DNA from: Ginkgo biloba
Taxonomy: Eukaryota > Plantae > Ginkgophyta
DNA: 17,566 nucleotides
Assembly: GCA_024626585.2 (NCBI GenBank)
Contig: JANKJI020000004.1
Location: forward strand, 146,530,016 to 146,547,581
Direction: 5' to 3'
The notes below the pieces were generated by a model. The model was not told where the DNA came from. It worked only from the letters and a program-made list of their open reading frames with translations, and ran no database searches. Below are positions 9,901 to 17,566 of the stretch, in pieces (positions within the stretch are counted from its first letter, which is position 1; each line of letters opens with the position of its first letter). The position numbers and the translations under genes were made by a program.

Positions 9901-10938
9901 TTCTTGCAGATTGTCTTGTATTTTCTATTGTGCTAATTTGGCTTCTTATTTATTCTGGCCGTGTATTCTCAGTCTTCTTAGTATACTTGATGGCTTTAAT
10001 AATGCGGAGTTGTAAATCCACCCATGACTGCTATGTTTTGAATTTGAGCAGTTAAAATTGCTTCATTTTATCAGTGAGATAATCAAATAGCTTTTTGTTG
10101 TTTCACAGATATTAGTTGATGGCATTCCTTTGAATGAGCTTGATGTGGAGTTGTAAGCCAGGTATGATTTATCAATGTTCTAGTTAAAAGCATCAACCAT
10201 TTTCAGATCCCAGAAATGTAGTACAGAAGGAATATCAGCGGTAATGCAGTATCTAAGATTTTGTAGCTTTATGTACAGGAGCCACGTCTTTTTAGCATGG
10301 ATATAGCATCAAATATAAGTTATGGTTGTGTAAAGAAAGTCAGCCCAAGGGGCATAGAATGGGCTGCAAAACAGGCACATGTCCACGATTTTATAATTTC
10401 CTTGCCAGAGGGTTATAAAACTCTTGTCAATGATGCTCGTCTTAGTGGGGGTCAGAAGCAACGGATTGCTATTGCTAGAGCAATTCTTAGAGAACCTACA
10501 TTGTTAATACTTGATGAGGCAACCAGTGCACTAGATGCAGAGAGTGAGCATTCTGTACAGGTGAATGCTTATAGAGGTTCAATTCTAGATGAACCTTTTT
10601 CTGGGATCCCTTCAAACAAATCCCTTTTGTTTCCATGCTTAGTGAATCTGATTCCATATTCTCTCTCTACAGAAAGCATTGGAAAGAATCATGCGAGGCA
10701 ATGGCAAGAGGAAACGGACTGTTATTGTTATTGCCCATAGGTAAGCTCATAAAAGATGTCCTTGCTCTTTTCATCCCCTCAGAGACAATGGTTGAATGAT
10801 CTCAAAGCATGGCCATTCTTTTCAAGCTAAGTCTTTTCCATCCTTTTAATCTTAACTACCATTGTATTGTTCCACAGGCTATCTACAATACGTGCAGCAG
10901 ATAGGATTGTAGTGATGGAAAGTGGACGAATTGTTGAG
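914..10938 (+). CDS. ABCB26: Partial spliced gene: ABC transporter B family half-transporter (ABCB26/TAP1-like), NBD exons. As assembled it has a frameshift in the third visible exon (possible null allele or pseudogene). The 5' exons and terminal exon are not seen in the window.
   Basis: Manual splicing at GT-AG sites gives [19 protein letters not shown]|[25 protein letters not shown]|[17 protein letters not shown]|[16 protein letters not shown]...[40 protein letters not shown]|[23 protein letters not shown]|[20 protein letters not shown]. Walker A, Q-loop, signature, Walker B, D-loop and H-loop occur in order. The subfamily call rests on recalled resemblance to Arabidopsis ABCB26, including the short linker before LSGGQ; no search was run. 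Confidence 0.85.
1076..1150 (+). CDS. ABCB26: ABCB26-like exon with Walker A ([25 protein letters not shown])
   Basis: Acceptor gacag|, donor |gtaagc; 75 nt, phase 0/0; GxxGxGKS P-loop. Confidence 0.93.
2479..3477 (+). mobile_element. Gypsy (Athila/Tat-like) 5' LTR remnant plus decayed primer-binding site
   Basis: U3-like short repeats (atgtcatccataaaaaca x2, aaacctagtcaaaatcat x2, gcatt(t)tatgac x3), TATA box at 3151-3158, end ...cttaaCA at 3459, then tt-TGGCACCATTAC. This is consistent with a transition-decayed TGGCGCCGTTGC PBS known from Athila-type elements. The left boundary is lost in a gap. Confidence 0.65.
3110..3959. repeat. Long inverted repeat (arms about 3110-3472 and 3591-3959, spacer about 118 nt)
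   Basis: Perfectly complementary blocks include 3225-3255/3811-3841 (31 nt) and 3415-3441/3623-3649 (27 nt). No N-gap lies within the structure. Confidence 0.92.
3591..3999 (-). mobile_element. Second copy of the same LTR+PBS in inverted orientation
   Basis: The reverse complement of 3591-3959 aligns by eye to 3110-3472. On the minus strand it ends ...cttgaCA-tt-TGGTGTCATTGC. Confidence 0.7.
4906..5833 (-). mobile_element. LTR remnant, comparatively CpG-rich
   Basis: Minus-strand TATAAAA near 5537-5543, a 40-nt R/U5-like motif at 5005-5044 shared with 13484-13523, and a putative terminus ...ttttgccctcaCA at 4906. Confidence 0.5.
5907..6262 (+). mobile_element. LTR fragment related to the LTR at 12625-13692
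   Basis: Shared collinear motifs: agttaaaaggg..ttcaactatagaaa (about 6100-6127 vs about 13265-13291) and tccac..att.t.ga..t.taaatt (about 6223-6248 vs about 13372-13398). Confidence 0.55.
6309..9136 (-). mobile_element. Internally deleted, decayed Ty3/Gypsy chromovirus-like element: two direct LTR-like repeats around an integrase relic
   Basis: Direct repeat 6309-6549 vs 8883-9136 (e.g. aaaattatgccttgtgtagag, aaattaagcctaagagt, cataaccccc(c)atag) with integrase between them. No gag or RT is visible. Confidence 0.7.
6780..8100 (-). pseudogene. Ty3/Gypsy integrase relic (HHCC zinc finger, core, GPF motif, degenerate chromodomain-like tail)
   Basis: Minus-strand translation across stops and frameshifts: [88 protein letters not shown]. 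Confidence 0.9.
10109..10161 (+). pseudogene. ABCB26: ABCB26-like exon with an internal deletion: [15 protein letters not shown]-stop in frame, VSQ (Q-loop) in a shifted frame
   Basis: Acceptor tttcacag|, donor |gtatga; 53 nt (not a multiple of 3) between phase-0 neighbours; in-frame TAA at 10154-10156; the expected WLRxxIGF-type segment is absent. Confidence 0.85.
10279..10560 (+). CDS. ABCB26: ABCB26-like exon with ABC signature (LSGGQ), Walker B (LLILDE) and D-loop (ATSALD)
   Basis: Acceptor gtacag|, donor |gtgaat; 282 nt open frame beginning EPRLFSMD; overlaps the N-terminal part of ORF 10297..10740. Confidence 0.95.
10673..10740 (+). CDS. ABCB26: ABCB26-like exon with H-loop ([23 protein letters not shown])
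   Basis: Pyrimidine tract ctctctctacag|, donor |gtaagc; 68 nt, phase 0/2. Confidence 0.92.
10878..10938 (+). CDS. ABCB26: ABCB26-like exon ([21 protein letters not shown])
   Basis: Acceptor ccacag|, donor |gttaga; 61 nt, completes the split Arg codon to give AHRLST. Confidence 0.92.
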
Positions 10939-12624
10939 GTTAGATTGATTTTTCTAGAGAATTATAATTACAATTTCCTTCTTTAAATCATAATAAAAAG
11001 AACTACTCAGGTTAGCCAGTCTGCATCAAAGGGTACTTATTGTTGACCTGTCTGTGTCCTTTGATTAGTGATATGCCAGAGTTAAAGAGACATGCTCTTT
11101 TTTAACCCTTAGATTCTCAACTATATGCATTAACCAAGCAAATGTTAGAGTATTTACTATTAACACACCCCATCACCCGTGCACAACTCAACTGAAATGT
11201 TGAGGTTCGTGAACATCTAATACAAATGTTGGTCTTATTTCAAGGTGGATTTTGTTACAAGTCATGACTTTCTCGCCTTCCATTTGAAGCACATTTCTTA
11301 GAACTGTGTAACGCATTTCAGATTGTTGTGAAGAATTTGAAATGCCAATGCTGGACTGCCTTCAAAATTTGAGAATAGGGTTTGGCTGGAAGAAGAGTAA
11401 ATATCATAGGACCTCTCATGCAGAGGTCAGAATGAAATGTTAGCCAATGGGGGAAGCCCTTCAAAATAAGGGAAAATATGAGATAATTAGTGACTTTCAT
11501 TTCACTACTTTTTCTTTGAAGGCCTTGTATCTATATAAGTAAAAGAGCCTTCACTGCTGAGATAAATTACAATAATGGCACTAGCAGCCTTTCAAGAAAT
11601 TCAGTCTAACATTGCCTTCTGGGTAATTAAAATCAAATTGCATTTGCTACTATTACCACTGCTCCTAAAGTCATATTCTGTATTGTTACAGACAAAATTT
11701 ATCAGGCATATGAGCTCAAAATAGGTCACTCTTACTCAAGTTGACTCTCAGAAATAAGGATTAGCAACCTTTCCCCACTTCATTTCACTACTTTGGTGAA
11801 ACTTTATTTCAACTTTCATTTCACAGCTTCTTGCGGAATCCCATCTTCCTAAGTTTGCCAAATACGAAGTTCTGGCATATTTTAGGGCTCATGCGATTTC
11901 ACAATATGCTCTGAAGCTGTAGACAATCCCAAAGGTCTCTCAGGCCACTAAAATCATTCTCCTTTAAAGTGTTCAAATGTCAACATTGAGTAAAAATATT
12001 GCTCTAAGGGTGATTATGGATACCATGGACACATACTTCTGTCAAGCTTAGGACGAGGCCATCAGAACCAGAAATTTAGTTTAATGATACAGTGTAACAA
12101 ATGTTGTCAATTAAACTGAGATAGTCATGGGAGAAAGAGCGAGATCTGTTTAATTGGATATAATGTCGTCTCTTCTTNNNNNNNNNNNNNNNNNNNNNNN
12201 NNNNNNNNNNNNNNNNNNNNNAGATTAACAAGAAGACAACTTAGTTCAATCACATAATCTTCTTTGGTAACATATTACTGGCAATTGCAACTTCAGATCC
12301 CAGTTGAAGGAAAGGCACCAACAGGTTCACATGGGGACCTGCAGGTGCTCCAATCCACAATTTTGAATTGCACCCTGGCTAGGCATTTAAACTGCTGGCA
12401 TCCAACAATGGGACTGAAACTTGGAATCTCGATGCATCTAAAGCACCTTGCTGCTAGCTTGTGCTTATCTGCGATCCTTTCTGGACATTGGTTATTGACA
12501 GAATATTGTATTTGTTCAGACATTNNNNNNNNNNNNNNNNNNNNNNNNNNNNNNNNNNNNNNNNNNNNNNNNNNNNNNNNNNNNNNNNNNNNNNNNNNNN
12601 NNNNNNNNNNNNNNNNNNNNNNNN

Positions 12625-12919
12625 CCCAATTGGACCTTGTCCTGGGAGTGAAAATGTCCTTGATCAATAATTGAGGAGAAAAGCATCTGGGAGGGAGAGT
12701 AAGTGAAGCCAAGACCTAGTCACACCTTATCCTATGAGCATCATTGATAGATAAGGGAGGAGAAAGGCATCTAGGAGGGAGAGTAATGAAGGCGAGACCC
12801 AATCGCACCTTGTCTTGGAAGAGAAAATATCCTTGATCGATAAGGGAGAAGAAAAAAATCCAGGAGGGAGAGTAAATGAAGGCGAGACCTAGCTTCACCT
12901 TGTCCTAGGAGTGAAAATA
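12625..12919 (+). repeat. Tandem repeat, about 3.3 units of 83-90 bp
   Basis: Anchor acctt(g/a)tc(c/t)t at 12634, 12724, 12807 and 12897; each full unit contains ggagggagagtaa..gaag.c.agacc. Confidence 0.9.
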
Positions 12920-13692
12920 CTCCCTCATTCACTTAGGAAGGAGAACGTAATACATAACAGGAGGTAGGACCTATAAAGGAGTCCTGATGGTGTTAATTCT
13001 CATGGATGGTCTAGGAAGAATTAAGACCTAGGAAGGAAAGGCAAGGCATGGAAGATACAGCCTATCCAACCCAGGGAGGAATAAGAACCTAGAAGAGGAA
13101 GAGGACCCAGGTTGATTAAAATACTCCTTGGTATCAACGATTTCCTAGGTGCATTCATGATTGGAAATTTATGCATATGTAGACACTCATACTAGGCAAT
13201 TTTAGTTTCTCTATCATCCAAGAGAATTTACGAAAATGGTTCACCTTCTTTTAGTAGTGGAATAGTTAAAAGGGGCATTCAACTATAGAAATGGTTATTA
13301 AAAGTTTTTTTGGTGAGCAAAAAGAGAAGAGAAGGAAGAGACCATGAGAGATTTCGTTGAGGAGAGAAGATTTCCACACCATTATCGACCTATAAATTCT
13401 ATGAAAAACCCCTGTGAGTTATATCTCAAGATAGAGGCATAGGCACACAAATTTATAATCTCTTATTGTGTGAAAGTGTCTGTAGTTTTATTCCTCGTGA
13501 GGGTTTCTCCAGTTAAAAATCTTGTTGTACTTATGTAAATACTCGTGCATGTGTTTTTCTAATTTCTTTGCTCTTGAGTTTTCATATTCAAGGAGTAGGA
13601 TTGCATGTATGACTCAAACACAAAATTAAATTAAGAAATAAGAATCTACAGTTATTTACATTGGGAGATTTTGATTCACCCACTAAGATACA
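12625..13692 (+). mobile_element. LTR remnant with a tandemly repeated U3
   Basis: About 90-bp tandem units, purine-rich R-like tract, gggtttctccagtt-aaaatc motif, gattcaccc near the putative end; related fragments at 5907-6262 and 5005-5044. Boundaries are approximate. Confidence 0.6.
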
Positions 13693-13699
13693 TATTATA

Positions 13700-14069
13700 T
13701 TAGAAGGCTATTTAAGAAGATACACTGGGGATAAAAAGGCAAAGGGGTGTAAATGGTTACACTCAGGAAAACATTAGTATTATATGGCATATCACTCAAC
13801 CACAAAGATGTTTCCATTCCAAGAATTATATGGGTATACACCACCATCAATAAAGTATTATGTAGTCTAAGAATCAAAGGTACCAATATCTCATGACTTA
13901 ATGAAGGAGGCACAAGGAATCATCGACATACTAAAGGACAACCTCTACACAATAAGAAATCAGATGAAATAATAAGATGATAAAAAGAGAACCAAAAGGT
14001 CACTTGAAATTGGTAGCATGGTCTTCATTCACCTCCAACCTTATAAGAAACTATCATTAAAATAAAGGG
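13700..14069 (+). pseudogene. Ty3/Gypsy (Reina-like chromovirus) integrase C-terminal core fragment
   Basis: One frame with stops: LEGYLRRY...YHSTTKMFPFQELYGYTPP...LKDNLYTIRNQMK**DDKKRTKRSLEIGSMVFIHLQPYK. The clade call is from recalled motifs. Confidence 0.88.
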
Positions 14070-14169
14070 NNNNNNNNNNNNNNNNNNNNNNNNNNNNNNN
14101 NNNNNNNNNNNNNNNNNNNNNNNNNNNNNNNNNNNNNNNNNNNNNNNNNNNNNNNNNNNNNNNNNNNNN

Positions 14170-14422
14170 AAAAATAACTGATTACAGAAGAAGATTGCAA
14201 GAGCAACACCACAATATGCTTGATAACAAGATTACAATAGCTCAAGATGATCCCTAAGCTCTCTAAAGCTTCCTTATATAATAATAAATCTAAACTGCAT
14301 GTCTACCAAGTGTCACTAATCTCTGCATGTCCACCAAGTGTCTCTCTCCATGTCTACCAAGGGTCGCTCTGCATGTATGCTAAGTGTCAATATACTCTCA
14401 GGGAGGTGGTGGATGTGTAACA
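14170..14422 (-). mobile_element. LTR 5' portion (begins TGTTACA on the minus strand) abutting a truncated integrase
   Basis: tgtaaca ends at 14422; four about 20-nt repeats ctgcatgtctaccaagtgtc; minus-strand TATATAA near 14274-14280. Confidence 0.55.
14295..14388. repeat. Four spaced copies of a 20-mer (ctgcatgtctaccaagtgtc consensus)
   Basis: Copies at 14295, 14323, 14346 and 14369 with 3-8 nt spacers. Confidence 0.85.
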
Positions 14423-15416
14423 AAATCCTATGACATCTTGGGCCATCTTAAGACAATAAAACTATGCTTGTAAATTAGATAGAGTCTTATGTACATCAAA
14501 GTCCCCTACACCTTAGAGTGGTGTTTTTCTCTAATCAACTAAGTTTTGTTCCCAGTTTGTATCATACGTATTGCATTAAGATTATATTAAGTACCATCGT
14601 GAAGATGATAATATCTTAACTACTCCTCTTGCATCATTGATGTTTAATGGACTACATAATATATCTCTGCAAAGTATTTATCATCCTTACAAATCTCTCT
14701 AAATTCATCAAATCCAAATTGATCAAGTTCTATAAACACACTTAAAGTAGCAACAAGAGGTCTAGAGAGAAAGTCAATCATCCTATTGTTGGTACCTTTC
14801 TTATACTTGACGACAATATTGAATTTGTGCAAATAAGTAATCCATTTGAGATGCTTGATATTGTTTAGCATAAACTATATTTGCAAATACTAAAATATTT
14901 TGTGATTAGAATGTATAACAATCTCCTTGCCAAGTAGGTAGTGATTCACTACTTAGATTGATACATACATATCTTTGTCATAGGTAGAGTACCCTTGCAC
15001 TGCTACTAGAAAAGTCTCAAAATGATAGGCAACTAGTTTGCCTAGTTGGATCAAGATCGCTCCTAGTACATGTCTTGATGCATCCGCTTCAATCTCAAAT
15101 GGCAATCTAATGTTAGGTAATGCTAACACCAGGGCATTGCAAATTCTATGCTTGAGCTCATCAAAATATCTATGGTGTCTCTTAGTCCAAATGAAAGTTG
15201 CACTCCCATTTATCAATGCATTAAGGAACAAAGTTATCTCATAATAGCCTGCAACAAACTTTTTCAAGTAGTTGGCCAACCCCACAAAGCTTTGAAGCTC
15301 ATGTAGGCTCTGTAGTACAAGCCACTTTAGGATGACTTCAGTTTGGCAAGATTGATCTTGAGCCCTACTCCATCTACCTTGAAGCCTAGGTCGATCAACT
15401 TCTTCTCTACACACGT
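14423..15416 (-). pseudogene. Ty3/Gypsy pol relic: RT C-terminus, RNase H, start of integrase zinc finger (CRM-like)
   Basis: LGFKVDGVGLKINLAK, ELQSFVGLANYLKKFV, ALVLALPNIRLPFEIEADAS..LGAILIQ, YSTYDKDMY, KWITYLHKF..KYKKGTNNRMIDFLSR, LIREKH, HKTLSNLQ..FY..KMAQDV. Confidence 0.92.
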
Positions 15417-15734
15417 NNNNNNNNNNNNNNNNNNNNNNNNNNNNNNNNNNNNNNNNNNNNNNNNNNNNNNNNNNNNNNNNNNNNNNNNNNNNNNNNNNNN
15501 NNNNNNNNNNNNNNNNTGTTCGAAACAAGCCCCATTTGTTGAGGTTCGTTGGGATTGCTCACTATGTCCTGTACTAATTTTGAATCTAATGTACTCTCTG
15601 ACTCCTCTTCTATGGAATTATTAGTGTTATCATTATCTTTAATCTCTTGCTTTAGGATATGCTTTTTCCCTTTTAGTTGCTTGAATGATAAATTGTATAC
15701 TGTATATACCTCATAATAGATGGGGACCTTGGCT

Positions 15735-16135
15735 AAATATAGTTAGTTGTAATGCCAATGGCGTCGTAGTAGAATTCCATGAGGTATAAGGAGAAATTAA
15801 AACCATAATAGGTCTTGTTCAACATTGTATCAAAAACATGGAGTTTCGTGGAAAGGAACTTACACCAATTGTAGTGCTATCCTTGCAACAACTCCTCTAG
15901 GTAGGGCACCAACAACATAGGCAAATTGGTACATCTTTGCTCCCCTCCCAACGGTGAACAAATGTGAGCAACCACCATTCAAAGTTCTTTAGTCTTTAGG
16001 TTGGGCACCTTAATGCCTCTGTTTCGATGCGTTTGATCTTCCCAGTTGTATAGAGGCTTTGTATTCAACTCCTCTTCTACTCTGAGGTCACCCTAGGTTG
16101 GGTAATCTCATCCCCTAAATTGGGTAGTGCCAACC
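15735..16135 (-). pseudogene. Decayed ORF resembling accessory (non gag-pol) ORFs of large plant LTR retrotransposons
   Basis: LALPNLGDEI..., then one frame RGIKVPNLKTKEL*MVVAHICSPLGGEQRCTNLPMLLVPYLEELLQG*HYNWCKFLSTKLH...FNFSLYLMEF. The assignment is pattern recall only. Confidence 0.4.
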
Positions 16136-17566
16136 ATCGTTTAAATTCCTAGGGTTCATAGGATATGCAAACCCCATTTAGCCCTGACACCTAAGCTTGG
16201 GGGTCATACCCCAACACCATTTGTTCAAGAATATTTGGAAGTTTATTAAGCACTAGAATAGTGATGCACTATTCCACTCCTACATTTTCTAGCATAACTT
16301 AGACTAGGGCTTCAAAAGAAAGACTTGCCCACCATCTTGTCAAATTCACAAAATCCACTAGGTACCATATTAATTGATGCCCTAGGGGGGGTGATAAACT
16401 AGGGATCCAATATTACTTTTGGGCACCTTGGGATCCTTTTAGCGTTTTGAACCTAGGGTGGCTTTCCCCATTCCTTCTACCACCTTAGCTTCAACCGCCA
16501 ACCATATAATAAAATGAAGTTGAATTTAACTTGAATGAATTTAATTAGAATTTACCTATTTGATGGTTTCTCGACAAAATAGGTCTAGCCAATGATGTCA
16601 ACTAGAAGAGTCCTTGGAAGCACTCTAGTGTCTTCTCATTCTCTAACATGCTCTACAAAATAATCATAATCTCTAACATTAACACGTCACTTTGACATGT
16701 GAGGAGAGTGAATAGAGTCTTTATACTTTAAATAGTTGGGAGAAAAGGAGTTTTTAACTTCATAACTTGCTTAAAAAATGTATGTTAGCCACTTTGTCTC
16801 ATACATAACAACCATTGTCACCTCATTGAAATCCATAACTAATCTCACCACCTCATCATACCATGCATATTTTCCTTTTCTTTGTTATCTCTTCGTTTGG
16901 GAAAAAGTAATTTCTTCGTAAGACTAGCCTTAGTTTGGACCTCCAACCCATTATTTGTTCATAGGGACTTGAGTCTATCCATTTAGCCCAATGGTATGAA
17001 ATTGATCATCTAGTCATTTCTCAAGTGTAATTAGTAGGCTAGGAATTAGAATCTCTAATGGAATTACTAAACTTGAAGGCAGTAGATTTATCATCACCTT
17101 ATAGGTTATGCAAAATGCCAATAGTATTGTCAGGAGTAGTTCAGTCTAGTCTTTTTTATCAAAAACTATAATTTTTATATAAGGTGGACCCCAAGACCTT
17201 ATTTATAACCTTTTCCTAATCATTAGCTTTGGGAATTTATTTTTAGTGTGAGATCTTGAATTTTGTCATTAAATGTTGAATCATATGATTAACNNNNNNN
17301 NNNNNNNNNNNNNNNNNNNNNNNNNNNNNNNNNNNNNNNNNNNNNNNNNNNATCTATTAATTACTTATCAAAGGGTCCTACCTAATCAAACATTCGAGAC
17401 CTTGGGGAGATCATATCAAAAGGATCCCAATGGTCAACCAAACATGTTTATTGGATGGGATGCAAATCAACCACCCACCAAGCATGCTAATATTCACTCC
17501 TCCCTAGTTTATCCCCATATCAGTGTAAGGGGATGATGAATATTAGTAGGTGATCACACATTCATA

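Larger units (their letters stand above)
1151..10108 (+). other. Very large intron (about 9 kb nominal) filled with retrotransposon remnants
   Basis: gtaagc...cacag boundaries join SGQ|ILVDG, which is contiguous in ABCB NBDs. Contains 7 N-gaps, so the true length is uncertain. Confidence 0.85.

Noticed and set aside
10153-10278. Frame rescue through the cryptic donor TT|gtaagc at 10153
   Set aside because: It gives a 44-nt exon, still out of phase with 10279. Of the four nearest upstream AGs I tested, only the one starting at 10239 restores phase, and it hits TAG at 10264-10266.
10297-10740. The 147-aa ORF as a stand-alone small ABC ATPase
   Set aside because: It starts at an internal Met, lacks Walker A, and reads through the 10561-10672 intron into the wrong frame of the next exon.
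12324-12341. GSHGDL as the missing terminal exon (GxHxEL)
   Set aside because: The adjacent acceptor (aacag|) puts it in the wrong phase (VHMGTC), and no GxYxxL follows.
14295-14388. CRISPR-like repeat-spacer array
   Set aside because: The repeats are degenerate, the spacers are only 3-8 nt, the context is a eukaryotic LTR, and there are no cas genes.
1-17566. A novel multi-gene system (operon, defence island, CRISPR-like locus)
   Set aside because: The window is explained by one spliced eukaryotic gene plus retrotransposon debris. No second intact gene is evident.

Overview
AT-rich eukaryotic (plant) genomic DNA from a gappy scaffold with 12 N-runs, several about 100 nt and probably placeholders. 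The large TE-filled introns suggest a gymnosperm-type genome (inference). The window holds the 3' part of a + strand ABCB half-transporter gene most like ABCB26/TAP1. Six GT-AG exons encode the nucleotide-binding domain (914-970, 1076-1150, 10109-10161, 10279-10560, 10673-10740, 10878-10938). A roughly 9 kb intron (1151-10108) and the 6.6 kb or more after the last visible exon are filled with nested, decayed Ty3/Gypsy LTR-retrotransposon pieces. Two observations stand out: (1) an apparent 22-nt deletion in exon 10109-10161 frameshifts an otherwise intact NBD; (2) two convergent LTR+PBS fragments form a fold-back with arms of about 360 bp inside the large intron. I found no support for a new multi-gene system.
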